Source of the DNA: Vicugna vicugna
Taxonomy: Eukaryota
Reading direction: 5' to 3'
Assembly: GCA_013265495.1 (NCBI GenBank)
Contig: MU058257.1
Location: 441,418 to 505,417, forward strand
DNA length: 64,000 nucleotides
The position numbers and the translations under genes were made by a program. The notes beneath the pieces are model-generated. The model was not told the origin of the DNA. It saw only the letters and a list, made by a program, of their open reading frames with translations, and did no database searches. Positions 39,401 to 53,314 of this stretch are shown here, one piece after another. Within the stretch, counting starts at the first letter, position 1, and every line of letters begins with the position of its first letter.

Positions 39401-41963
39401 TCTCTCACCCCTCTGCACACTTTCATTCATTCATCCTTCCTTCAACAATTTCTTGACTGACTACAACATGGACCCAGGGAGATACTCAGCTTACCCCCTA
39501 CAGAAGTCACACAAAGCGGCCCCCAGACACCACTCTAACACGTGGCTGTCCTCTCCTGTTGCCCTGTCCCGGCCGACCATGCGGCCCCGTCTCTGGAAGC
39601 TCCCCTCGGCCAGCTCTGTGCCCTCCCTGCAGACGCGAGCATCGCCGTCTCAGAGAACCTTCAGTTCAGAGACAAGCACATGAACAACTACAACACGACG
39701 GGATGACTTCCACCATGAAGATAAGGACAAAGTGCGCCGAGGACACCGCGCTCTGCCTGGAGGGTCACAGGCTCCACGGAGGTGGCAGCGTTCTGGCCTG
39801 AAAGGGCAAGGCCCGGACAGAGGGCTGCGGGCTGGGCCGCGCCGCAGAGCCCCTCCCTCCAGTCCTGTTCCCAAACATTTACAATTGGGTGACTCCCCTC
39901 CCTCCCCTGAGCTGGAATTGACTTGCTCTTTCTATTTTTATAGGGAAAAAAAAAAACAGAAAAGAAATATTTAAACATTATTTGTAGTTAAATCTGGCTG
40001 GTGGGGTCAGTGATTAGTTTATCCCTGTAATGTTCTACAATGAGTATAAGTAATGTTAAAATCTTAAAATATCATAAAGGCCAAAAAGAGTCTTAAAAGG
40101 CTTAAGTACTTCTGAGGCTTAGTTGTAAGTTGGAAATGACAGAAACCAAGACCCACAAGGCAGGAGGTCACAGTCAGGTCACAGAGAACCTTAAGTTCTA
40201 TTATGTAGGGAGGAGCCTGGGAAAACGGCACAGGGAGGCAGGATGACACCATACACATGGCAGAAGATTCTGGCATAAAGGATGAACGGCAAGACAGGAG
40301 CCACTGGATGGGCGCAAAGTTTACCGACAAGGCTCCAGGGTGACAATGGACAAGACGCCACAGTCTTGACGAGGAGGCTCTGGTGGCTGCTCGGGTAAGG
40401 AGGTGACAGAAAGTAATCACCACATCCAAACCAAGACAGCAGAAAGGGATGTAGTCAGGGCAGAGAACACTGATGCTGACTTAGAAACGTGGAGCGTGAA
40501 ATGCTTGCAGGTATCTAAGACGCCAAGTAGGAAGGCCCCTGGGAATGGCTCTTGGGGGATGATTCAGACTCAGGGACACACACCTGAGAGCTGTCATCAC
40601 ACAGACAGCAGTGAAATCATGAACACGGATGAGACCAGGAAGAACAGAACACTGGGGAAGAGAGGGGCGCGGCGGGCAGACTGGAGAAGGAGGAGACACA
40701 GGAAGACAGACTGCTGCAGCTGGGCCTCCTCCAGGCAAAGAGGGACAGAGGGAAGATGCCCATTACCCTGAACAGAGGTGCAGCAGCTCTAAGCCCGAGC
40801 AGGGGTAAGAAGCCGAGAGGGTTCACACACGACAGCTTACGTTTTTTGCTGAAACAGGAAGCGAGGACGAGTGCTGGGAGAAAGGGGCAGAGGGGAAGGG
40901 GACTGACGAAAATCAGCACGATGCAACAGGACTGCAGAGCGATGCTGAGTGAGGCCTGGACACCCTGATCCACGAAGGCATGTTTCCAGCACCCGTTTTG
41001 CTTGGAAACACCTGTTAACAAGCGTCTACCCTGGCAGGTTCTGAGCGCCAAGAACACAGGGCCTTCCTGTGTCTTATTTATTCAGTTACAGGTCCTAGAA
41101 ATGCTTAGCACAAAGTCAATGCTCAAAAGTTTTTGCAGAAATACATTAAATTGTTTGACATTTTTCATGTACATTATTTACAAGCCCAGGAAAGAAGAGT
41201 TTCTCAGATTTAGTTAAGATGCAGACCCTCTTTAATAGCAAACAGTTACCGTAGCCACCCTCGTGTAACACCTATCAATTCACTAAAGTATACCGCAGCC
41301 AACTTCAGCTGCATATAAAGTGCCTCACACTCCACATACTTTGTACATTATGAACCAGAACTCATTCCCACACACAAACCAACACGGCCACTGAAAGAAT
41401 GTAGGCAGACTCAGCTACATGGGGGTCAACCAGTTAATTCACGTGTTGGTTGTTTATTATTGTAATTATTAGCACAAAAGCCTCAAATTCTTAAAAATTC
41501 TTGTAAAAACACTCAAATCACTGAGGCTATCCCCCATAGGTCCTCAGACGCCAATCCAGAAATAGCTGAATGAACTCCACAGTTTACAGAGCCAGTGCAG
41601 GAGGCAGACATGGCGCTGCTGATAAAACACAGAGGACAAAGGCCTAGAGACCAGGCACAGGGGAGCCAGGAGCTGCATGGACCAGGTGGGGAGAGCTGGG
41701 ACACAGGGGCGGTTACCACCCAGAGACAGGCAGGCTGGGGTCAAAGGTCCAGGGGAGGAGGCAGCGTCAGGCCCTGGCTTAGCTGTGGTTCATTCCCCAA
41801 GCAGAGCCCGAGACAAGAGCATGTGCACAAGCAGCTTCTTCGAAGGTGACCCGGGGGAGAGTGAGCCAAGGAGAGGAAAAGCCAGAACCAGGGCACCCGG
41901 TCACCACAGCGGGGTGGGTAACCGCCTGGGGCTGGATCTTACTGACAAGCTCTGAGAGGGGTA

Positions 41964-42255
41964 CACAGGGGCCCTCTGCACTAGTGGGCTCCATCAGTAG
42001 TTCCAACCAACTGCGGATGGAAATATTTTTAAAAAAACTTTCCAGGAAGCTTCAAAAAGCAAAACTTGAATCTGCCCCGCACAGGTAGTCACATTTAGGA
42101 GCTATTGTAAGTCACCCAGAGATGATTTAAAGTATGTGTAAGGACCTGCAGACATTCTATGCAAACACTGTACCATATGATAGAGACTAGAATATCGCGG
42201 ACTGGGTTTCTTTGGGGGTCCAGGAACCAACCCCCTCAGGTATCAAGAGACGCTG
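41964..42255 (-). mobile_element. Tigger-family MITE (MER2-like)
   Basis: 'gagatgatttaaagtat...atgcaaacac...gggggtccaggaaccaaccccctcaggtatcaagagacgctg' is the reverse complement of a MER2-like end. Confidence 0.65.
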
Positions 42256-42989
42256 CAGAAAGCAGGTCCGGGGGAGGATCAGCATGCAGAAGTGGGTTAT
42301 CAGTTCCAGTCCCCACAGGTCCCACACTTCCAAGAACGCCCGTGCCTCCGCCCTGAGGGCTGCTGCCGGCCTCTCGCCCTGCGGACAGACAAGGGACTTG
42401 CTGGAGAAGCCCCAGGGACTAGAAAGACAGAAGCGCTGGAGGAAGACGCAGTGGGCCAGAGGGACCCGTGGAACTGCTCTGAGCAGCAGCGGCAGGAACC
42501 AGAGGAGGCCAGGACCAAGTGAGGGGGATGGAGTTTCTATTTCTAGTCTGGTGCTTGGGACACTGGAGCTGAAAGAGCAGGAACACTGCTGGCCCAGAGA
42601 GTGAGGGTGACGACCTGCGTGAACTCCCGAGACCCCCAATGATGGGAAAAACTGGGGAGGGACCTGAAGCTGGTGGTTCACTAGAGACACACACATGTAC
42701 TACAACAAATACAAGCTTTGTTCTAAGACTGAGCACTGAAGACGTGCGCAGCTCGGCCCACCCGCTGCACATGTGTACCAACGACCCACTGTGTGAATGG
42801 TCATCTCCTAGAAGGCACTGCTTCGTGTTCTCTGTGCCTGGTATGGTACCTTAGGATTTAATAAAGGCCCTAAGGATAACTGGAGACAGTCTAAGGTGTC
42901 CATAAGACCAGTGAGCTTAACGAGGGCAAGCAGAGGGCCGCGCCCACCGCCAGCACACAAGAGCTCACGGCGGGCTGCGCGGCCAGGCA

Positions 42990-43170
42990 CCTGGACTCAC
43001 CCCCCATCAACCCCTAGGAGGTTGGTGACACTGGCAAGTTACTTAACCTATGCCTCAGTTTCCTCATCTTTAAAATGGACACAGTAGTACCTACCGCATA
43101 GGGGTTATGTGAAGTTTAAATGAGCTGTAAATATGAAACGTTTAAGAGCATCTGGCACCTCGTGAGTGCT
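42990..43170 (+). mobile_element. MIR SINE
   Basis: 'ggcaagttacttaacctatgcctcagtttcctcatctttaaaatgg...gtacctacc...gtttaagagcatctggcac'. Confidence 0.75.
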
Positions 43171-44230
43171 ACTGAGGTGACACCGTGGTCGTTGGCAGGA
43201 CACTTACGGCCGGAGCTCAGCGCCACCCTGGCTGCATAGAGAAGTTAACTACATTTGAATGGTTTGTTTCTCAATCATAATTACAACTAGAAGACTCTGG
43301 ACTGGCTCTAGATGAAACATAAGACATGGAAAAATGGAGGAGGTGTGAGGGTCAGAACCACACAACTGTAAACCATGGTGCTGGTTTTTATAACCATTCA
43401 AATATTTTGCTACAGTATCAAAACCTTACTATACTGTATAATAAGGTTTAATCAGGTGGTAATTATTACATTAATTAGATACTAATCATTATGCTAAGCA
43501 TAATTATTCCAGGTTCCACATTTCAGTAGGATTATCCTACTTTCTAACACTTTGTATGTAAAATAATAAAAGCAGCAGAACCTGTGTTTTCCTTGCTACA
43601 TTAGATAAAACATTTCTGAATGTTAGTAGCACAAACCACCTTAAAAAAGGGTCAGGGTGGAAGATAACATACCTCACACAGAAACACGGAAGAGTGACTT
43701 GAGGTGGCTTCTGTCATCAGGGAGCAAGCCTCGGAGAGGCTGACAGAAAGGAGGAAACTGCCCTGAAAAGACATCTTCTAGTAGGAAGTTGCCTCCGAGG
43801 CTGTGTCCCAGTCGGATTCACGAAGGGACTGCAGCCACTAAGGACACTTAAAACAAGGGCACCTGCTTACTGAGAGGCTGGATAAGGTAACACAGGAACT
43901 GAGTTTCGCTGATCTAAGGTAATTTGTAACAAAAGGTTAGCCCCTTTCATTTCAACACTTTCAAATGAATACAATAATGACAGTAATAATAAAAATAGTA
44001 ACAGCAATCTAGCTCCTCTAAGTAACTCTAAGACACTCGGAATGACATTATCTTGTTTTATAGATGAGAAAACCAAACCACAGAAAAAGTAAATGACATC
44101 TCCAAAATCGCACAGGTGTAAATGAAACCAGATCATCTGAAACCAGAAGCTGTGACCTGACTTTGTGCGCCATTAAACTACAACTTTTTGAAGGCCTGTT
44201 CAGTCACTGTTTTACAAAAAAAAAAAAAAA

Positions 44231-45256
44231 AGAACATCCTTCTACTGTTAGAGCTGACTCAGAGCACAGAAGTGGAAAGGACTTAAAGTGCTCTGTGAGT
44301 TTATTTCTTAGTCCTTCACACTGAATCGAGGCCAAACAAGTTATTTTAATTGTTTAATTTCATGAGTACATCCACAGCTACAGTCCGTTCCTACAAAAGC
44401 ATTTCAGACATTATTTCTTACTATATGTAATCTTATCTAGAGAGTCATAATTCATTCCTTGAACAATAAATAATCTTAAACATCTCCCCCAACCTCATTT
44501 TAGTGCTTAAAACCCCAAATATGGGCAATTGTTCCCCTTGTCAAAAATTACACATAATTATTTCAATCTCCACTGTAAACCCATCTTTATTCATCAAGGT
44601 TAAATGCAGTTTTATGAGCTATTCAAACTGCTAAAATACATACTTATTATTTATTACTGTTTTTAACAGTGTGTGACATTTCTGTTTACATTTCCAGACA
44701 GTATCTTTAGACACTGTATATGTACTAATATTTGCAGAAATTAAGAACATCCTTCTACTGTTAGAGCTGACTCAGAGCACAGAAGTGGAAAGGACTTAAA
44801 GTGCTCTGTGAGTTTATTTCTTAGTCCTTCACACTGAATCGAGGCCAAACAAGTTATTTTAATTGTTTAATTTCATGAGTACATCCACAGCTACAGTCCG
44901 TTCCTACAAAAGCATTTCAGACATTATTTCTTACTATATGTAATCTTATCTAGAGAGTCATAATTCATTCCTTGAACAATAAATAATCTTAAACATCTCC
45001 CCCAACCTCATTTTAGTGCTTAAAACCCCAAATATGGGCAATTGTTCCCCTTGTCAAAAATTACACATAATTATTTCAATCTCCACTGTAAACCCATCTT
45101 TATTCATCAAGGTTAAATGCAGTTTTATGAGCTATTCAAACTGCTAAAATACATACTTATTATTTATTACTGTTTTTAACAGTGTGTGACATTTCTGTTT
45201 ACATTTCCAGACAGTATCTTTAGACACTGTATATGTACTAATATTTGCAGAAATTA
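44231..45256. repeat. Direct tandem duplication, 2 x 513 bp (44231-44743, 44744-45256)
   Basis: Both copies start agaacatccttctactgttagagc and end tttgcagaaatta; no mismatch seen by eye. Confidence 0.95.
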
Positions 45257-47024
45257 AACAATTACACTTTAGAGAAAAATTACTTTTAAAATAATGTGGA
45301 AAAGGGGAAAAAAATGTGGTGAGTTACATCTACTTCAAGTTTTAAAATTAGGTGATCAAAAGCCAACTATGCCCAAAAGGGAATAGCACCAAAAGAAGTC
45401 ATCCAAAACAGATTTCTTTCTATAAAAGCTTTGCACAAGAGCATATTTTTATTCAACACAACTAATTAAGTCAACAAATATTTGTTGCATCTCTACCACG
45501 TGCCAGACAGACACATGACAAAGCTGGGACGTGAACCCAGGCATGATTCAAAAGCCCAAGTTTTCAGTATGAGCAGGTTTCTAAAAAGAAACGTTAAGGG
45601 TTCTCAACAAATACCGTCTTCCAGAGAGAGTCTGCTTCCATTTTTACGTCCTAACATTTTAAACCTGTTCACCTAAACGGTGGGAAAGACTCAGGTAACT
45701 ACACTGAGGTTTATCATAAATCTCTCCTAGAAATATAATAAAGTTGGATTCATCCCAAGTCTGTACCACCATCATTACTTTCTGTATCTGCATCTGCTTT
45801 TAAAAGGGAAAAACTAAATAATCCAGTAATAGATTAATATGTACAAATCAACGTGGTCCAGGAAAAGAATTCAGAGCCACATAGCAAGCCTAGAGTTCAG
45901 GGGCAGCTCACCCTGCTTCTCCCCGCAGAGCAACCAGACGGGACAGCGTGAATGGAGGGACTCTGAAGCCCTGCCACGTGAAGGCCACCGAATTCGAGGG
46001 TGAGCACTGGGGGTGAATGCAGCAACAAGAAGAGGACAATTCAACCCCCCCAACCCCCATCTGGCAGGAAAGAGTGTGGTGGTGACCATGGAGGTGTTTA
46101 CAGCCCAAATAATAAACCAGAATTAATGATTAACAAAAACAGAGCAGAAAGGATGAAGGGGGACACAAAAGAGGGAACAGGAAAGAGAAGAGGCAGAGTG
46201 CTCTAAGGCAAAGATGCACCTAGTCTCATCTGAAGCCCCTTTCCACCCACAGAAATAATTCCCACAGCAGCCTGAACTACCCAACTTCCTAAAACTCCCT
46301 ACTGACCCCTTCTTACCCAAGGACTATCAGCCTGAGGCTAGTCAGTCCAACAACAAAGGGTGGGCTGCTCCAAAGTCACAGGCTACCAAACAATCTGAAA
46401 TCAGAGAACGGCTCACAACAGGGCTAGTTATGTGAGTAAAATTACAGAGTAACAGACAAAAGCTCATCGAGTGACTACTCTCCCCACCTTCTCCAAGAAA
46501 ATGAGAACATGGAAGATCAACTGTCATCACCCATACCGAGCGCGAGGGGAAAGACAGGCTGCAGGCTGGCAAATAAAAAGCTTCAAAGATCAAGAAGCTG
46601 GAAGTGGCGGAAAGCAAGAGCTCAGAACCCAACAACTAGGGAAAATGTCCACAGCACAAAAAGTGAAGGATCTTTTCTGAAAGGAGAATGAAGCCATTAT
46701 GCTCTTCAAGGAATTTGGAACATATCAAATAGATCTTACAGCGATCAAAAGCAGTAAGACCACAAAACTAGAGGGAAAACTAGAGCTAAGGAAGGAAATT
46801 TAAGTTGAAATCCTCTCTACGACTCACGACCATGCAGAACAGAATCAACGTGACAGAAGAGCAAGTTTGACAAAAACCACACGGAATTCAAAACACTTCA
46901 AGGCAGTAAGAAACATGAAACAGGCAACGGTGAGCCAATGAACAGGTAACTGGTGTACCACCACCACCACCTCCCAAAACCTTTCTGTGAGGATGGAAAA
47001 AAAAATGAATTAAGCATGAACCTC

Positions 47025-47052
47025 AAAAAAAAAAAAAAAAAAAAAAAAATAA

Positions 47053-47083
<31 letters not shown>
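47025..47083 (+). repeat. Bipartite poly(A) tract
   Basis: Two long A runs separated by taaagc. Confidence 0.9.
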
Positions 47084-50000
47084 GGTGAGGGGGCACAAAA
47101 TAAACTTAAAAGGCTGCAAAAGGAGAGACTTAAAATATAAGCAAAAAACAAACACTTTAAACAAAGCTATTAAGTCATAATATTGAGGGCTGCCGCAAAA
47201 CAAGTGTGAAAAGTTGCCTGAACTTAGTTCTTCCCAGATCCTCCTCCTCCCATTCAAAAGATAAGACATTACCAACCACCTGGTATTTTTCAAACCAGCC
47301 TGGTGAGCTGTTCCTCCTTTATACTAGTCTATGTCTATAGACTTGGCCCTTCCCTGTCAGGGCAAGAGAAGAGTAAGTTAGCAGCGATTTTGGTTGAGAA
47401 TTTCACTTTGGAGCAAGTTTATGAAGATTATTTTGAAAAGAGCTCTAGGAAAAGTTAACCATCCCTAATTAACCATTTCAATAAGCACTTGAAAGCAGAA
47501 TTTGTTTTTGTTCCACACAATTTCAGATATGGAGAACTGTTATGTTCCCAAATAGTCTAATTTTACCCACTTGTTAGGTAGATCACTCCAAAATTCTCAC
47601 TTGATGATCAAAATTTAATAAATTTTGACCGTATCTTTCTCTGCTCAGTGTTGAGTATATTTTAAATATATATATGTATAAAGTAAATGTTATAAAACCT
47701 CACTAAATACAGGGAGAAATCAATCAATTTCTCATTTTACTCAGCACTAAGCTGGGAATACTATCTACCTTAGAACAGTTGCAAGGATAAAATATGACCA
47801 TGAACATACAAGTTCTTAACAAGTATTTTTACAGTGACTTACAGGTGGCAACTTACTTGATTATTGAATTTTTTCTTGCTCTTCAACTCATTCACTGACT
47901 TCTAAACACAAGAGCCTGAGTGACCACACAACAGCTCTCAATCTTTTTAAACCCACACTTCCTCAGTAGTCACAAAACCATTCCCCCATTGTGTTTTCCT
48001 AATATAAACTCAATACTAAATGCACTTTTTCAAACTACAATCTCCACCTCCAATAATCAAATATGACCCACCAGCACCTCCTTTTGAGAAGCAATGAAAT
48101 CATAATACAAATCATGCATAAACTATCAAATACTGGAGAGCTAATAAACCACTATTCCTAATCTCATAGAGTAAGACAGCTTAAATTATGTACATATTCG
48201 TTCCATAAACATTTATACACTGAAACAGGACTTCAACTTCAAATGGCATATTCCCAATAAATTTTTCACATAAATACTGTCCTCATCACTCCTCTGAAAC
48301 AGTATTCCCTAGAACAAAATTAAATACTAATTTTTCCTTTACCTTCTTTACATTTTTTTGGCCTTCACTGGCTCTTCACCTCTTCAACCACAAGAATTAA
48401 CTACTCCTTTCTCTGTGGTCCCCAAACATAATCCTAAGAGTGTCCAGCACAGTAAACATCAGACCTTCAGTGATGCTCAGTAATCCAGTGTTGTTTTACC
48501 TCAAGTTTGTTATAATTGTGTTCATGCTGTGAACCACACCAGACCGGAGCTGGAAGGCCAGGGTCCAGGCCTTCACTTTGCACATCCTTCATCTTATTTA
48601 TATGTATAACATAAATGCATATGTATTTTATATACGTACAATCGTGTATCAGAGTAGACAAACAGTATTCATTTGCGAAGCCAGACTGGATCCAGCCTTC
48701 TAACCATAACCATGCTGTCCTTTGGTCATGTCACACCTGCCATCCAGCCCTTTGCTCACGCCGTTCCAAGCTCCTCCACAAGCCTTCCCAACCCATTCAA
48801 GCCAATGCAGATCTTTTTCTCCAAATCTACTGGAGAATGCTATCTGGGATGGTATGCTGTGTAGAACATTCTGTGGTATTTGTTGTGGTTCCCTGGACTG
48901 AACCCAACTTGTCCCAACTAGACAGCAAGGCCCCAGGCAGCTTCCGGCCCACACCAGCCCCAGCACCGCACCGCCCTGTGACCCGCACTCACAGCACAGG
49001 TGGATTCAAACGCAAGGACGACGGAGCTGCATCCTGACCCGAGCCATCCGTGGCACAGGTGGCTGCTGGGCACTGGCAGGCTCTCTCAAAGCAGTGACCT
49101 GGCACAGCACCGCCCCCCCAGGGTGCCGATGGTGACAGAGAGCAAGAAGCGCCGACTTCTGCGGTGCCAGGTCACACAGCAGCTCGCCAGGGACAGAAGA
49201 AACCGAAACCCATGGTGCAGACACACAAACTAAGTCACAGAGAAACCTGGGCACAGCCTGCATGAACCCAGGGCTCTCCAGTAAAGAACCCTTTACTGCT
49301 TCACATGACTTCTCTAAGAAGCATCGCTCTGCACCCCAAGCACACTCATCACAGGGAAAACTCAAAGATACCCAGGTCACTCACCAAGCTGTCATGTGAA
49401 GGAATCGGAATTGCAAACACACGGGGGGTGCTCTCCTGGATTCCTTCTCCTGGCCTCTCCCGCCCTTTTCACTCCACACACTTCCTGCGGTCCTTTCAAC
49501 TGCAGTCTCCGGCGCCAGCCAGCTCATACAGGCTAAGAGCCCACCCCCCAGAGCCCAACCAGGCTGTCCAGGCTGAGCTTAGCTCCCCTCCCACCCTGAG
49601 CCCACCAGCACCACCCACTGTGGCCACCTCCTAGCCAGAACCTGGGCCCCTTCGCTCCTTTCTCCTCTTACCTCCTTTCTCCTCTTACCTCAGACTCACC
49701 AGCCCTGAATCCCACATTCGCGGTTCTTGTAGCCCCACCCACGTCATCCCCTTACCAGGGTCTCCAATGCTTTCTAATCACTCACTTTTATTATTAAAGA
49801 AAAAAAAATACATGTACCCCAAAATATGTATTTATAAACTAAAATGCATGCACTTCTACAGCAATGTATTAAGACATTACAAATCATAATAAAAATTTAA
49901 ACCCTCAAGTAATAAGATTAAAATATATATTTATAATATTAAGTTTAATATTTCCTTCCTACTCTCCAGTGAGTTATCTTACCCATCCCAGGGCTCCAGG

Positions 50001-51567
50001 ACCCTGCAACCTGGAGACTGTATGAGATGAGCCCTGTAATAAGTTTACATGTGCATGTGTGTTTATACATATATGGAACATGTATATTTGAAGCAGTTTT
50101 TCACATACACACATAATTCAAAATGAGATAATATATTTTACACATGCTTTAGCATACTGCTAAATATAGTTAACCTACCTTCTAAAGCAACAAACCCGAA
50201 GTAAAGTTTAAGGGGGTTGACTTCTAAAAACCCACATTATATTATTTTACAAATAGAACTTAACTCTGTAAAAGCCTCATATTAGCCACCTTTAAAAGAA
50301 TGAGAAATTTACAAAGCATAGCTGAGCCCCTTTTACACACAGCTCCTGAGAGACCACATTTTCTCACCCATCGCCTGACACATCCTAAGGCTGCTAATGT
50401 TCTGGGGGTTCTATGGACCGCACCTCCTTTAACCTGGATATAAACTGTAATATATTTTCCGTTTTCTACAGCTGGAGGTACCGCTACCACTTCAGGGTCC
50501 CTTATCCCAGTCAGCGCATCCTCCCCACCCTGAGACTCCCAGCGCTGCAACAATACAGAAGCAGAGAAATCCCACAACATACGATCAGTCAGAACAGACC
50601 TGCCAACGCAAGAGATACCTACACGTTTGCACAACACAATCCCCTAGGATTCTACTCACAACCTGACAGATCCTAACTTTCCATGCAAAGTGGGGAAATC
50701 GGTCCACAGGACCCCCTCAGACAAATCCAGCTTGTCACAAGAAATGTCAAGTCTCAGAACTCAAAAGTTCTGAAACTTTTTTTACCAGTTGGATATTTTC
50801 TCTCATCACTCCAGCAGAGTGGCTAACAGCAAACCAGCATACTTACAAAACGTTTTAAAATACAGATTTTCTTCAGATATATTATTATAATACCCCTTAT
50901 AATACCCCCAATGATGTAAGCCACAATTTATTTGGCAAGAAACCAAAGAATAAAGATACTAAGTGGCAAGCATTCCATGAAAACTAGAACCACTGATGGA
51001 TTAATCTTCACTATTTTATAAAGCGACCAGATGTCCCCAGAGTTCCTCCCAGAGTTAGGAATTTACTGACACTAAAATAGGACTATAAATTCATTCAGTG
51101 ATGCTGACTTGGGGCAGATTTTATTTGTACTGACCACAAAGTTGAGAAGGAAGCCTTAAATCCAGTGATTTTCAATACTGCTGATTCCGTGCTCTCCACA
51201 CGCAGAATGTTGAGGGGATTAGAAAATAATTTTAATATAAGAACTTAACATTCTTTTAAAGAACCAATGTTACAAAAACTTAAATTTTAGGTCTGTGAAG
51301 TCAGTACAGATGATTAAGAGTTCGTCTGCTTTCTATTTACAGAAGTAAAGCATTAACCACATCCCCCGTCTTTTTAACTAGCATTCTAATAACACCTTCC
51401 ATTTTACACTGAATTTTAGTTTAAGTAAATGGCTTTCTCTTCAAATGCCGGTAACCACAATGCTGATTTGTTTCACGTGTTTTCTATTTATCAGTTAATC
51501 ACCTTTGGTCACTTGCTTACTAATCAACGAACTAAGATTATGTTCAAGTATGAAATTTACAGGGACT

Positions 51568-51700
51568 CTTTTTTTTAAATTAATAGACTTAATTTTTTAG
51601 AGCAGTTTCAGGTTCACAGCAGAACTGGGCAGAACACAGAGAGTTCACACCCCCGACCCACACATGTATACTCCCCTACCTTCCACATCCCTAAGCAGCG
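51568..51700 (-). mobile_element. Old L1M 3' end fragment
   Basis: 'tttttttaaattaatagacttaattttttagagcagtttcaggttcacagcagaactg' is a typical antisense L1M terminus. Confidence 0.6.
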
Positions 51701-52793
51701 TTACAGGGGGACTCTTCAGTGAGCCCTGTCCTCCATGGGCCTTGACACCCTCAAACCTAGAGCAGGTAACTTGCAACCGAGACTCCTGAACCCTTCCTAA
51801 AGCAGTCTACTACACAACCTATTAAAAACGCTGTAGTAGGATGTAGTTGAAAATGCCCAATCAAGATTCATTTAGCATCTGTTATTTTTGAACCATGAAA
51901 ACAAAAAACAATCCAGTAATTCTACGCACCTAAATATTTATGTAGATCGCAGACCCAAAGAAGCCTTACTGATGACGTTATCCATCACATGCTGAAATTT
52001 TTTTATAAAACCTTTTAAATATATAGAAGGAATGATCATGTACTCTAAGCCAAGTGTTTTCCATTTTCCATGTGATTTTCACGGACTGTACTTATGCGCG
52101 GGCTGCTAGACCCCATGGGTTCCCCCCACATCAGCTACTCCTGTGCCTCAGTGTCCTCACCTCAGCGTCCCCGGGAAAAAACAGCACCCGCGTCGCTGGA
52201 TCGGTTCCAGGATTAAATGAGAAAACTCAGGTCAAGTGCGGAGAGCTAAGCTCAGACCTAACTGTCGTTACTGTAATAATTATTACACTTATTACGGGAA
52301 ATATTGTTCCCATTTTACAGACAAAGAAAAGGAACCTAAAAGAGTGTGATTCACTGGTGATCATACCAACTAGTGCTAGGTTTTGACTACAAGCACACAC
52401 GTTGATGAAATAAGTTATTTCGGCGTTAAACACTGGCAATCTTAAAAATACAACCCACGAAGCATAAGGTACGGCAGGAATGAGGCACCGCCGGCGCGGA
52501 TACCCAGAATGAGGCGAGAGGGGCCCCATGAGAAACCGACCCCGCGCCACCCCGCAGAGGGCAGCCCGGGCCGAGGCCGCTTCCCGGACGCCGGCCCGCG
52601 GAGGCCCCCGAGGCCGCGCCCACGGCTGGCGTCCGGGCTGCGGGCCCCGGGCCCCGGCCTCTGAACCCCCGGCCCCTGCGCCCCCATGTCCCGGCTGAGC
52701 CCTCAACCCCGCGCCCCCGCCCCCACGCCCCCAGCCTCTGAGCCCCCGGTCTCTGAGCGCCCCCGCCCCCACGCCCCCAGCCTCTGAGCCCCC

Positions 52794-52824
52794 NNNNNNN
52801 NNNNNNNNNNNNNNNNNNNNNNNN
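52794..52824. other. Assembly gap (31 N)
   Basis: N run inside a GC-rich short repeat. Confidence 1.
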
Positions 52825-53103
52825 GCCCCCGACGCGCCCGGCCTCCGCGCCCCCACGTCCCCGGGCTTAGTCCCCAGCCCCGCGCCCCCGGCCTCTGCGC
52901 CCCCGGCCTCTGAGCGCCCGGTCTCCGCGCCCGGGCCTGCCCGGAGGGTCCGGGAGCGAAGCCGGGAGCGGGCGCGGCCCGACTTCCTCCCCAACCGGAC
53001 GGCTGGAATCCGCCCCGCGGCCACGGCCCCGACGCCCCCACCCCACCCCCGAGGCCCCGGCCGGGCCGCGCGCCCAGCCCGCCGCCCGCCCCTCCGGGCC
53101 TAC

Positions 53104-53314
53104 CTTCTCCCGCGGCGTCTGGCCCGCGCCCGGCTCGGCCTGTGCTCCACGGCTCCCGCTCGGCCTGTCCCCAGGGCTGGCGTGGCCTCCCGGGCTCGGG
53201 CGCGGCGGCGGCGGCGGCTCCTCCTTCTCACGGGCGGGGGAGGAGACTCGGCGGCGCGGGGCCGCCTCCCGGCAGGAAACGACCCCCACGGCCCCGCCTC
53301 CTCGGCGCGGAGAT
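53104..53314 (-). other. ITGB1: ITGB1 non-coding exon 1 (5' end approximate)
   Basis: Ends ...GCCGCGGGAGAAG|GTAGG; resembles recalled mammalian ITGB1 5' UTR (GAGGAGGCGGGGCCG...GAGGAGCCGCCGCC). Confidence 0.85.

Noticed and set aside
46898..47293. Poly-Lys and poly-Phe ORFs
   Set aside because: Translation of the poly(A) tract only
49655..49688. 17-bp direct tandem duplication ctcctttctcctcttac
   Set aside because: Ordinary slippage-type duplication in a pyrimidine-rich intron
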